Shown piece by piece: positions 9,661 through 17,904 of a DNA stretch of 25,769 nt. The stretch comes from a virus (taxonomy: Duplodnaviria; Caudoviricetes): IMG/VR virus record IMGVR_UViG_3300031472_000006, positions 1 to 25,769 of that record. The stretch is one strand, 5' to 3'. Each line of letters begins with the position of its first letter. The first letter of the stretch is position 1. Under the pieces are notes generated by a model. The model made no database searches, was not told where the DNA came from, and saw nothing but the letters and a program-made list of their open reading frames with translations. The position numbers and the translations under genes were made by a program.

Positions 9661-10713
9661 CTAAGGTGAGGGTGCGTCGGCGGGCGGGGTCGCGGCGTTC
9701 ATGGGGCTGCTGTTCTTGAGCCGCAGACGCTGGGTGAAGCCGTGGTCAAGGCTGAAGTGGCGGTCGAGCTCGGCGACGAAGTAGGTTTGATCGAAGTCGG
9801 TCGCCGTGCCGATCAGGGTGACCTGGCTGCGGGATGTGAGCGAGAGTTCGCCGGGGAGTTCGACGCGGACAATTCGTTCATGTCGGGACAGATCGGCAAG
9901 GATGCGCTGGGCGAGTTGCAGAGCCTCGTCAGCGGTCAAATTGGGCCGCACGACGACGATATGCTGGGGTGGGCCGGTACGGCGGCCGCCAGGCGCGCTG
10001 CTTCGAGCCGTTTGGGTGAAGGCGGCCTGGTGACGGGTGTTCCAGGACTTGACGGTGACCTCGATGTCGCGGGCGAGAGTCAGGGCACGGTCGAGGGCCA
10101 GGAAGAGACAGTCGGCGACGCCGAGCAGGATGGGTGGCGTCGCGGTGGCAGGCGGCTGAAAGACCAAGGTTTGACCTTGAACGAACACGTCGAAGCCTTC
10201 GCGTGCGGCGAGGAAGGTCAGCAGATCCCACTCGGTCAGGGCGCGGGAGAACTGGCCGAGGGTGATGCGGTCGTGTTCGGCGCCGTAGTAGCGGCCGGCG
10301 AGGGTCGTGGTGGCGGTGATGGCTGGGGTGAGGCCGTGGCGTGCCGCAAGGGTGGTGGCGATCTCGCTGGCGGTCTGGTTGGCATAGGTTTGCTGGGTGC
10401 GGACGTCGAGCAGCCGTGCGGTCAGGTCGCGGCCGTCGAATTCGATGGTGCGCTGGATGGGATCGATCGAGACGGTGTCGATTTCACCTTGAATCAGCGA
10501 TCGGAAGGCGCCGCTGAGGGCCATCTGGATGTCGATGATCGTGCCGGCCTGGAAAGGAGTGGCGTATGCGGTGGTGAGGGCGACCCGGATGCGGAAACGG
10601 TCGGCGGCGAAATGGGCGTTGCTGAAGACGTCGGCTTCGAGGACGCCAAACACCGGCGCACCGTCGGCGAGGACGCTGAGGGTTGGGGTGCGGAGGAGCT
10701 CATTGGCGAGCAA
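9661..10713 (-). CDS. Baseplate hub (P2 gpD / Mu gp44-like, 350 aa)
   Basis: TTG start; GRDLTARLLD...YANQTASEIATTLAARHGL and EWDLLTFLAAREGF motifs; between LysM and spike. Confidence 0.85.
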   Translation of the reverse strand: MLANELLRTPTLSVLADGAPVFGVLEADVFSNAHFAADRFRIRVALTTAYATPFQAGTIIDIQMALSGAFRSLIQGEIDTVSIDPIQRTIEFDGRDLTARLLDVRTQQTYANQTASEIATTLAARHGLTPAITATTTLAGRYYGAEHDRITLGQFSRALTEWDLLTFLAAREGFDVFVQGQTLVFQPPATATPPILLGVADCLFLALDRALTLARDIEVTVKSWNTRHQAAFTQTARSSAPGGRRTGPPQHIVVVRPNLTADEALQLAQRILADLSRHERIVRVELPGELSLTSRSQVTLIGTATDFDQTYFVAELDRHFSLDHGFTQRLRLKNSSPMNAATPPADAPSP

Positions 10714-10885
10714 CGTCGCCCCCTGCGCTAAGGTCCGGCGTGGGCAGTTTGAGGGTGACCAGGCCGGTGAGCATGGGGTCGGACAGCTGGTTCAGCTGGG
10801 CGATGCGTATCCACTGGGTCGCATCGCCCAGCTGCTCGGCTGCAATGCGGAACAGGTTGCCGCCGGCGGTGGTGAAGGTCTGCAT
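10700..10885 (-). CDS. LysM / P2 gpX-like baseplate protein (61 aa)
   Basis: True start is ATG at 10885..10883 (TGATG overlap with the upstream stop): MQTFTTAGGNLFRIAAEQLGDATQWIRIAQLNQLSDPMLTGLVTLKLP. Confidence 0.85.
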   Translation of the reverse strand: MQTFTTAGGNLFRIAAEQLGDATQWIRIAQLNQLSDPMLTGLVTLKLPTPDLSAGGDVARQ

Positions 10886-11571
10886 CAGGTGCTGGCCTGG
10901 CCGAGGTTGCGGTTGGCACGGGCCATGTAGCCCCGTGCGGCGGTGAGCCTGGCGAGCTGTGCAGCGGCGGCTGTGGCCGCGAGCAGGTCGGGCGTGTTTA
11001 GGCCGGGGCCGGCATTGGCGATGCTGGTGTCGAGAAAGGCTGTACTGCCGGCGAAGGTGGATTGAGCGACGGCGTTCGCAGCCGTTCCGGCGGTGGTGGC
11101 GGCCGGGTCGGCAAGGGACGCGGCTGGAGCCGAGACGTCGGTGTAGGCGCCAGCTTGGGAGATATCGGCAGCGAGGCTGGCGACAAGAGAAAGGATTGGG
11201 CCGATGGGAATGGCTGCTTCGTAGCGCAGGACGGAGCAGGTCAGGCGGTAGGGAATCCACCAAGGGCTGCGGTAGTCGGCCTCGAAGCTTTCGATGATGA
11301 CGGTGTAGAGGAAGGCGTCCCACGCGAGGGGAAGGGCGACGCCGGCGATGCGCAGGGCGTCGAGAATGCGGGCACGGTCGGCGGCGTCCGGGCCGGAGAA
11401 GATGCCGTTGAAGGCAAGGTCGGCGTGGTCGGCGCCGAGGGCGTCGATGATGCGGAGGCCGCCGGGCAGGCGATGGATTGCGAGGCGCTGGCGGCCGCCG
11501 AGGGTGATGGCGCTGGGTAGCTCGAAGCCGGCGAAGTCGATGGGGCCGAGGGTGAGGCTGAAGCCGGACAT
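10885..11571 (-). CDS. Tail tube initiator-like protein (P2 gpU positional equivalent, 228 aa)
   Basis: LTLGPIDFAGFELPSAITLGGRQRLAIHRLPGGLRIIDALG N-domain; between tape-measure-like gene and LysM. Confidence 0.7.
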   Translation of the reverse strand: MSGFSLTLGPIDFAGFELPSAITLGGRQRLAIHRLPGGLRIIDALGADHADLAFNGIFSGPDAADRARILDALRIAGVALPLAWDAFLYTVIIESFEADYRSPWWIPYRLTCSVLRYEAAIPIGPILSLVASLAADISQAGAYTDVSAPAASLADPAATTAGTAANAVAQSTFAGSTAFLDTSIANAGPGLNTPDLLAATAAAAQLARLTAARGYMARANRNLGQAST

Positions 11572-12612
11572 TCAGTATCCTTGCGCTTGGCCAGACCAGA
11601 GCGGGGTCTGGCGGGGATCGGGACCGGTTGGGCCGGCCGCGGGGCGGGCAGCCTGGCGAGCGAGGGTGCTGGCCATCCAGCGTCCAACGCGGGCGCCGTC
11701 GAGGGTGATGTCGCCTTGGAGGGTGATGGGGGGCGAGGTTTGCGTGGGCGGAGCGTGGGAAACGGCGGTGGGCTGGTCGGGGCGAGGAAAGTTGCCGGAG
11801 GAAGGCGCGTGCTGGAACGCGGGCGCTGCAGGGGCGGAGCGAGTGGGTTGATGGGGAGGCGGGACGGAAGGCCGAGGCGTCACGACTGGCGTTGGCACGG
11901 TCCGACTTGGAGCGGGGGCAATCGGGGTCGTTTGGGAAGGTTCGCGGTATTGGGTGATAGGAGCCAAGCTGGGCGAGGTGGGGGCGGACACAGAGGCGCG
12001 AGGCAGGGACGCTGGGCTTGATTGATGGGCAAGGGTAGCGAGCGGCATGAATGCTGCCGGTTGATTGCCCTGCGGTGGGGTGGGACGTGAATAGGACGGA
12101 GTTGGGTCGAGCTGGAACGGTGGCGGAGAGATATCGGGAGACGTGGGAACGGACGGGCTTGTTAAGCGCGTCGGCGCTGCAGGTGGGATTGGGATAAGCG
12201 GGGGGGATAAGGTTTGTGGAGTGCCGATGGGCGGAGCACGCGGCGATGGTGTGGAGACGGGTATGGGGGCGGGGGTGGGCGATGCGAGATCGAAGGTGAC
12301 GGTAGGCGCGGGCGAGCTTGGCGGGCCTTTTGTGGGTTCGGTGGCGGGCTGGCCGGCGATGAACTGAGGTTTGGCTGGAATGCTGGTGATGACCGGCTCG
12401 CCGGCTTGAGGCGATGGACCTGGTGAAGGCTTAGGTGGGAGGGCTGGGGCGCGAGGTGGGCTGGTTTCCGCCTGATGCAGGTGGGCAAGGTTGGCGGAGG
12501 TGGCGGCGATGGCGCGGTCGAGGGTGGCGAGGTCCCGGCGGATGACGGCGATGCCGTCGCTGACGCCGTTCTGCAGGGCGAGGGTGATGCCGATTTCGTA
12601 GGCTTCAGTCAT
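11572..12612 (-). CDS. Short tape-measure-like protein with Pro/Ser/Thr-rich core (346 aa)
   Basis: Tape-measure position; TMP-like N-terminus (EAYEIGITLALQNGVS, coiled coil) and C-terminus (LQGDITLDGARVGRWM); low-complexity middle. Confidence 0.6.
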   Translation of the reverse strand: MTEAYEIGITLALQNGVSDGIAVIRRDLATLDRAIAATSANLAHLHQAETSPPRAPALPPKPSPGPSPQAGEPVITSIPAKPQFIAGQPATEPTKGPPSSPAPTVTFDLASPTPAPIPVSTPSPRAPPIGTPQTLSPPLIPIPPAAPTRLTSPSVPTSPDISPPPFQLDPTPSYSRPTPPQGNQPAAFMPLATLAHQSSPASLPRASVSAPTSPSLAPITQYREPSQTTPIAPAPSRTVPTPVVTPRPSVPPPHQPTRSAPAAPAFQHAPSSGNFPRPDQPTAVSHAPPTQTSPPITLQGDITLDGARVGRWMASTLARQAARPAAGPTGPDPRQTPLWSGQAQGY

Positions 12613-12640
12613 CCGGGGTGCCTTGCTTGTTAGGCGCTGC

Positions 12641-13018
12641 CTACGTCAGTGCACGCGCGAGGAGGACGGTTAGGGCGGCGGCGATGTCGTGGGCGATCGG
12701 TTCGGCGAGGGTAGCGGCGACAGGGCCGAGAAAGGGACGGGGCTGGGCGGTGGCGGTACCCTGCTCCTGCGGAGCGGCGGCTGGGTCGTTGGAGCCGATC
12801 TGCGCTGTGAGACCGTCGACGGTGCAGCCGATGCTGGTTTGGAGAGCGCCGGATTGACGCCAGGGCGTGTCGTGGGGACCGCCGGGCGGAGTGGCGAGCT
12901 CTGTGCGGATGGCGTCGGCAAGCCGGGCGGCGGCGGCTTCGAGGGCGTTGGAAAGGGTTTCGATGATAGGGAGATTGGCGAGAGCGGCGGCGGCTTGGCC
13001 GGGAGTTTGGGAGGGGAT
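12641..13018 (-). CDS. HK97 gp10-like tail completion / neck protein (125 aa) with ATC in place of a start codon
   Basis: Not in ORF track. Frame reads (I)PSQTPGQAAAALANLP...PWRQSGALQTSIG...IGSNDPAAAPQEQGTATAQPRPFLGP...ALT*. SGxLxxSI and ExGTxxxxPRPFL are gp10-family motifs. GAGG lies 7 nt before the ATC and an in-frame TGA 4 codons upstream. Confidence 0.75.
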   Translation of the reverse strand: MPSQTPGQAAAALANLPIIETLSNALEAAAARLADAIRTELATPPGGPHDTPWRQSGALQTSIGCTVDGLTAQIGSNDPAAAPQEQGTATAQPRPFLGPVAATLAEPIAHDIAAALTVLLARALT

Positions 13019-13246
13019 GGAGCAGCCTCACGGGATAAGAGTGTGTAATTTAGCGAAATGGCGGGGATGGAATTGCCTGGCTGAGTGTTCTGTCCAAGGG
13101 AGTTTTAGGCCAGCCTTGGGAAGGTGATGTTAGGGACGGATTGAGGCGGGACATGCCCTTGTCCCGGGCAGGTCTCGGACATGCGATTGTAATTGTTATA
13201 GCGATGATGATTGTATCGGACTGGTCATGCGGTTGAAAGCCAGGCA

Positions 13247-13752
13247 TCAGCGTGGCTCGCGCCAGGTTTCGGTGGCCCAGTCGAAGTCTCCGCCGTCGAA
13301 CCGGCCCATGATGGCGACCCAGGCTAGGCGGTCGCGTGGTTCGAGGGAGAAGGCGACGTCGAAGGGCACCCCGTTGCGGACGAGATAGAGGCTGTCCACG
13401 AGGTCGGGGTGCCGGCTTAGTTTCCCGCTGTGGCGGCGGCCGGCTCCTCGCGATTGAGGGATGCGCCGATGGCGTGGACGCCGGCATCGCCGAGGCGCTC
13501 GATGAGGGCTTCGACTTGGGGTTCGTTGGCGGGCTGAGGGCAAGGAATGCCGTCGATGGCGACGATGGCGAAGGCGAGGCTGGCAAGACCGAGGTAGCGG
13601 TCGTTGTAGCCCAGGGTGGGACCGACGGCCTTGAACAGGCGGAGACGGTCGAGGGCGTTCAGGCGGCGGATGGTGAGGGTGCGGCCGTTGGCGTCGGTGA
13701 CGTCGTGGATTTCCTGGGCGGCGGCGATGAGGGATTGGGTGGGAGTTGGCAA
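13247..13752 (-). CDS. Tail assembly chaperone, long -1 frameshift form (gpGT-like, about 168 aa)
   Basis: The -1 frame after GGGAAAC continues LSRHPDLVDSLYLVRNGVPFDVAFSL...FDWATETWREPR*. Confidence 0.75.
13365..13426 (-). promoter_or_regulatory. Programmed -1 ribosomal frameshift signal (G GGA AAC + 3' stem-loop)
   Basis: X XXY YYZ heptamer at 13426..13420, 6-nt spacer, then 9-bp stem GGCACCCCG (13413..13405) / CGGGGTGCC (13373..13365). Confidence 0.8.
13417..13752 (-). CDS. Tail assembly chaperone, short form (gpG-like, 111 aa)
   Basis: TTG start with GGAG RBS; directly after the tube gene; ends GCG GGA AAC TAA. Confidence 0.8.
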   Translation of the reverse strand: MPTPTQSLIAAAQEIHDVTDANGRTLTIRRLNALDRLRLFKAVGPTLGYNDRYLGLASLAFAIVAIDGIPCPQPANEPQVEALIERLGDAGVHAIGASLNREEPAAATAGN

Positions 13753-13770
13753 CTCGGGGTTCTCCGGGAA

Positions 13771-13816
13771 TGAGGGCCACCCTCACCCCGGCCCTCTCCC
13801 GCCGACAGGAGAGGGA
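13771..13816. repeat. BoxC/CIR-like intergenic palindromic repeat
   Basis: ccctcaccccggccctctccc-gccgaca-ggagaggg matches the widespread proteobacterial CCCTCACCC..CCCTCTCCC...GGGAGAGGG element; preceded by hairpin tgaggg-cca-ccctca. Confidence 0.7.
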
Positions 13817-13837
13817 GAAGAGGAGGAAGGTGAAGGG

Positions 13838-14266
13838 TTAGACGCGTTTGCGGCGCGAGGCGAAGAATTCAAGCTTCTGCTTGACGCTCTGGTCGCCGCG
13901 ATAGGAACCGGCGGCGGAGAGCTTGAAGACGGCGCCTTCGTATTGGTAGGTGCTGGTGCTGCCGTTGGCTTCGGTGACGTACTGATACAGCGTGCTGACG
14001 CTCATCTGGCCCTGGGCGTGGTAGGCCTGCTCGGTTGTGGCGACGAAGTCGTCGACGGCGCTGTTGCCCCGCTCGATCTCGAAGCTGCCTTCCCAGCCTT
14101 TGGGAAGCTCGGCGGCCATTTGCGTGCCGTCGAGGCGATCGACGCGGATGGGATGGGTGATCTGGCGGCTCTCGAAGCCGGTGACGTGGGTGAGGTCGAT
14201 GCGGCCGGTCGGGGCGATGACGACGAGTTGGCAGTCCCGGCCTAGGGAGAAGGTGTTGGTTGGCAC
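13838..14266 (-). CDS. Tail tube protein (142 aa)
   Basis: GTG start, AAGGA RBS; immediately after the sheath; size and beta-rich pattern (GWEGSFEIER, YQYVTE.NGS.STYQY). Confidence 0.85.
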   Translation of the reverse strand: MPTNTFSLGRDCQLVVIAPTGRIDLTHVTGFESRQITHPIRVDRLDGTQMAAELPKGWEGSFEIERGNSAVDDFVATTEQAYHAQGQMSVSTLYQYVTEANGSTSTYQYEGAVFKLSAAGSYRGDQSVKQKLEFFASRRKRV

Positions 14267-14295
14267 TTAGGATGATCCTTGGTGGGGGCTGCCGG

Positions 14296-15870
14296 TCAGC
14301 CGACTTGGCCGGTCGGCAGGGTTTGCCGGCTGACCTGGACGGTCTGGCCGCCTTCGATGTTGACGATGAACTTCTCGTTAATCGCCTGGTACTGGATTTG
14401 CGAGTCGGACTGAACGTAGCCGAGGGCGGTCCGGGCATTCGGGTTGTTGGACGTGTCGCAGATGACGGAGAAGGGAAGGCTGCCGTCGACGCTGCCGAGG
14501 ACGCCCTGGCTGAGCAGGTTCTGCAGGAAGCTGAGCTGGGTCGCGCGGATGCGGCCGAACAGGGTGGCGTTGATCACCTGGCCGACATACTGGCCCATGC
14601 CGGAGGCGAGGGTGGCGGCGATGTAGTTGGTAAGACGGGTGTAGTTGTCGCCGAGGGTCGCCGCGTTACTGCTGCTGTTGTGGCCGCCGCGGACACCCCA
14701 GAAGCTGCCGGCCGGTTGTGGATTGGCGATGACGTCGATGCCGGAACCGAGCAATACGGCCAATTCGGCGCTGCTGTAGCTGGTCGTCTGGCCGGAACCG
14801 GGCGCACCGGATTTCTGAGTGCCGATGACGGCGTAGAGCGGTTTGTTGAGGCTGGACTGCTCGGGAGACAGGTTGGCGAGACGCCCGGCGGTGAAACCCT
14901 GCGGGGAGACGAGGCGGATGGTATTGTTGGCCTGGTCTGACCAGTAGATCCAGTCGCCGAACATGAGTTTGACGGCGTAGCTATCCAAGGCAGCGGCTTG
15001 CTTGGCGGCGACGGCGTTGGACATGGTGTCGCCGAGCGGGCCGGTGGCGACCATGTAGATGCCTTCGGAAAGTCCGAAGCTGGCCTGAACGGTATACTGC
15101 GCCGGGTCGTCGGCATCGGAGAGCAGGGCCAGGCTGCAGCCCTGGCCACGAAGGGCGTACATGCCGGTGCGGGGAAGGGTGTCTTGGCCGACAAGGGACG
15201 CGACGGTGACGGCGCCGGCGCCGTCGGTGCCGCCGAGCAGCGTTTGGTTGGCGAGAAGGGCCGGTATGGTGGCGGTGGCGGTCCCGAGGCTGGCGACCAC
15301 GAGCTGGCTCGGGCCGCGGAGGGCGGAGCTGCCGTTGTTGACCGCGCTGGCGAGGTTGGCCCAGAACGCGGCCGGGCTGGGTGCGGCGATGTTGTCGAAC
15401 GTTTCGGGCGGTCGGCCAGTCACGCCGATGGCAAGGCGCCAGGTCGATACCTGGGAGCCCGGCGTGATGGCCAGGGCGATTTGGTTGCCAAGGGTGCCGG
15501 TATAGCGTGCGGTGAGCTGTAGCGGGTAGGCGCCCGCGACGTAGAAAGCGGCGTAGGTCGCGGCGGTATCGGTGCCGTCGGTGACGCGGACGCAGCGGAA
15601 GTTGCTGGCGCCCTGCTGCACGGCCGTGGCGACAGGCGTGCCGAGGTCGTATTTGCGAGGCATCACCGGACCGAAGGTGCGGGCGTAGTCGGCCATGGTC
15701 GCGACCACGACGGGCTGGTTGACCGGTCCCCAGGTGGCTGTTCCGACCACGCCGAGCAGGTTGGTGGGGACCCCGTTCAGAACGAGGTTCTGGGGTGGGA
15801 CGATTTGGACGTAGAGGTCGGGAACGACGAGCGCAGTGGTGTTCAGGGCGCCTTGCTGGACGATGGGCAT
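14296..15870 (-). CDS. Contractile tail sheath protein (524 aa)
   Basis: True start ATG 15870 (AGGAG RBS): MPIVQQGALNTTALVVPDLYVQIVPP; GVVGTATWGPVNQP, ARYTGTLGNQI, LLGGTDG and VICDTSNNP sheath motifs. Confidence 0.92.
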   Translation of the reverse strand: MPIVQQGALNTTALVVPDLYVQIVPPQNLVLNGVPTNLLGVVGTATWGPVNQPVVVATMADYARTFGPVMPRKYDLGTPVATAVQQGASNFRCVRVTDGTDTAATYAAFYVAGAYPLQLTARYTGTLGNQIALAITPGSQVSTWRLAIGVTGRPPETFDNIAAPSPAAFWANLASAVNNGSSALRGPSQLVVASLGTATATIPALLANQTLLGGTDGAGAVTVASLVGQDTLPRTGMYALRGQGCSLALLSDADDPAQYTVQASFGLSEGIYMVATGPLGDTMSNAVAAKQAAALDSYAVKLMFGDWIYWSDQANNTIRLVSPQGFTAGRLANLSPEQSSLNKPLYAVIGTQKSGAPGSGQTTSYSSAELAVLLGSGIDVIANPQPAGSFWGVRGGHNSSSNAATLGDNYTRLTNYIAATLASGMGQYVGQVINATLFGRIRATQLSFLQNLLSQGVLGSVDGSLPFSVICDTSNNPNARTALGYVQSDSQIQYQAINEKFIVNIEGGQTVQVSRQTLPTGQVG

Positions 15871-15874
15871 GCGA

Positions 15875-16015
15875 TCAGTGCTCCTGCGCGGCGGTGCGAA
15901 CGGTGGAGTGGGCGTGGTCGGAGGCGAGAACCCGTCCGACCTCCGCGGCGTCGGTGATGAGGTCACCCACCGCGTAGGGCCCGAAGGCGCTGGTGACGAC
16001 GAGGATGATTGCCAT
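15875..16015 (-). CDS. Small pre-sheath protein (46 aa)
   Basis: GGAG RBS + ATG: MAIILVVTSAFGPYAVGDLITDAAEVGRVLASDHAHSTVRTAAQEH; exactly fills the gap; small genes at this position are common in myoviruses. Confidence 0.7.
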   Translation of the reverse strand: MAIILVVTSAFGPYAVGDLITDAAEVGRVLASDHAHSTVRTAAQEH

Positions 16016-16026
16016 GGAGGCTCCGG

Positions 16027-16866
16027 TCAGGAGGTGAGGGTTGTGTCGGTCGCACCTTCGACGAAGCGAGCGATGCCGAAGAGCATGGAGGGCTGGAGGG
16101 CGGAGGCGAGGGTCGGGAACTCGACCGAGTAGAGGAGGTCGCGGCGGTAGAGGGCGGCATCCTGGCTCTGGTCGAAGGTGGTGGTGGAGACGTAGCGGAG
16201 ACGGCAGGCGGCGCTGTCGGTCGGGGCTGCGGCCGCAGTCACGGTGAGGAAGGGCGTTGCGGCGAAGGTGGCGTCGACCGTTGCAGCCGCGACGTCCCGG
16301 CTCGTGGGGGTCGGACACCACGCGGTGATGCGGAAGGTTTGTATCTGGCGGCGGAGGTCGGACGTCGCTGCGGTATCGATCGCGGTGCGGGCGAGCAAGT
16401 CGGTAGCGCCCGGTATCGTGATGGATGTGCCGGCGGCCAACGCGGGACGGTCGGCGGCGACGGCCACCGCGAGGATGGCGGCGACGAGTGCGAGCGTCTC
16501 GTTGGGGCCGATACGGCGGACGTAGGTTTTCGCGCCGACGCGGAGACCGGCCAGTTGGCCCGGGTCTGCCGAACCGGTGAAGCTGATGGTGTCGCCGAGG
16601 ATGGATGCCATGAGAGTGGGTGTGGCAGAGGTGGCCTGCCAGTCGGGTGTGTAGCGGGTCGTGTCGCGGATGCTGCCGGTGATGGGAAAGACGGTCACGT
16701 TGATGCGTCCGGCGGCAAGGTCGGCGTCCAGGGCAGCGGCGTTGGGCCACCCGCGGTAAATCCGGGTGAGGCTGCCGGTGGCGCTCGGTGCGGTGGGGCC
16801 GTTCGGGTAGATGGCGGACGCGGCGAGGGAGGCGAGGGCGAATTCGACGTCTGACTGGTCGGGCAT
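16027..16866 (-). CDS. Putative tail terminator / neck protein (279 aa)
   Basis: True start ATG 16866 (TGATG overlap): MPDQSDVEFALASL...RIYRGWP...FRITAWCPTP...YRRDLLYSVEF; position before sheath. Confidence 0.7.
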   Translation of the reverse strand: MPDQSDVEFALASLAASAIYPNGPTAPSATGSLTRIYRGWPNAAALDADLAAGRINVTVFPITGSIRDTTRYTPDWQATSATPTLMASILGDTISFTGSADPGQLAGLRVGAKTYVRRIGPNETLALVAAILAVAVAADRPALAAGTSITIPGATDLLARTAIDTAATSDLRRQIQTFRITAWCPTPTSRDVAAATVDATFAATPFLTVTAAAAPTDSAACRLRYVSTTTFDQSQDAALYRRDLLYSVEFPTLASALQPSMLFGIARFVEGATDTTLTS

Positions 16867-17501
16867 CAGGTGGCGGCCTGCTTGGCGGTGAGGCGCCAGC
16901 CGAGGTCGGTGAGTTCGGCGGAGGCGATGATATGGGTGCGGCCGAGGTCGTCCTGGATGAGGTCGGCGGGTCGGAGCGTGGCGGGCGCGGTGGGCAGGAG
17001 AATGGACCACCAGGGCAGGCGCGAGTCGCCGGGCAGGTCGCCGGCGGACCCGCCGCCGCTGGCCAGGATCGAAGCCAGCCAGGCGGTGAGGAGGGGCAGC
17101 GCGGTGGCGAGGGTGGTGCCGCCGTAGGTGTTGATGCCGAGGGCGCCGGGGGCCGCCGGGCGGGAGATGGTGACGGTGCGGTTGGTCTGGACGCAAAGGA
17201 TAGGCAGCAATGATTGCTGGGCGGCGATGAAGAAGGTGGCGTTCGGCCCGACGAGATAGTCGCCGGGCCGGGTGTAGGCGCTGTCGAGGATGGCGAACCA
17301 GGTCGCGCGGGCGTAGCCAGACGGGCGCTGGAAGCGGGGGTCTTCGGCGTTGAAGGCGGCGGAGAGACGAAGGTAGCGGTTGCTGGCGGCGAGAGGGGTG
17401 GACGGGCCGGAGGGACGGTGGGCGTCGTAGGGCAGGCCTATGTGACGCGCTGCGGCCCCGAGCCCGCGGGAGATGCGATCCTGGAGGTATTCGGCTCGCA
17501 T
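16866..17501 (-). CDS. Putative head closure / head-tail connector (211 aa)
   Basis: Position after the adaptor; operon-like codon usage; coupled to the next gene. Confidence 0.65.
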   Translation of the reverse strand: MRAEYLQDRISRGLGAAARHIGLPYDAHRPSGPSTPLAASNRYLRLSAAFNAEDPRFQRPSGYARATWFAILDSAYTRPGDYLVGPNATFFIAAQQSLLPILCVQTNRTVTISRPAAPGALGINTYGGTTLATALPLLTAWLASILASGGGSAGDLPGDSRLPWWSILLPTAPATLRPADLIQDDLGRTHIIASAELTDLGWRLTAKQAAT

Positions 17502-17507
17502 GATGGG

Positions 17508-17885
17508 TTAAACGATAAGCGGGATGGAGGCGGTGGAGGCTAGACCGGGGCCGGGCGGGATACCGAGGAAGGCGCAGAGGCGGCGGCCCTAGGATTGCTC
17601 GAGGCGCTGGCGATCGAGGATTTCGGTAGGGTTGCGGGTCCAGACGGCGGCGGTCGAGGTGTCAAGGTTGCCGGCGGCGGCGGGGATGGCGAGCTCGAAG
17701 CCGCGCAGGGTGGCGAGGTGCTGGCGCAGCACGGCTTCCTCGGCGGGGCTTAGATTGTTCAGCCGGTATTCGAGAGCGCCGTATGCCTGGTAGAAGCGCC
17801 ATCCCATGTTGCCGGCGTTGCCGGCGCCGTAGGCGGGGTAGCCGCAGAAGCGGCGGGCGTCGGTCTTGTCGGGGTCGGTGATCAT
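17508..17885 (-). pseudogene. Head-tail adaptor-like gene (125 codons) interrupted by in-frame TAG at 17589..17591
   Basis: AGGAG RBS; after RLEQS* the frame continues GRRLCAFLGIPPGPGLASTASIPLIV* to a TAA 6 nt before the next start; TAG is one substitution from TGG. Confidence 0.75.
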
Positions 17886-17904
17886 GGGCTGGCGCTCCTG
17901 AGGC

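Noticed and set aside
12200-12206. Other G7 tracts (here and 24413..24419) as phase-variation sites
   Set aside because: Both genes are in frame and the tracts simply encode Pro-Pro; they also show G7 runs arise readily here
12630-13031. 133-aa Arg-rich minus-strand ORF from the track
   Set aside because: Wrong frame; the gp10-like motifs are in the frame 12641..13018
6990-15870. Type VI secretion system, eCIS or classical R-tailocin
   Set aside because: No TssJLM/ClpV or Afp15-type ATPase, and the cluster includes terminase, portal, scaffold and capsid
17589-17591. Genome-wide TAG reassignment
   Set aside because: TAG is the normal stop of several neighbouring genes (6990, 8758, 9135, 9661, 21206) that closely precede the next gene or element; no suppressor tRNA seen
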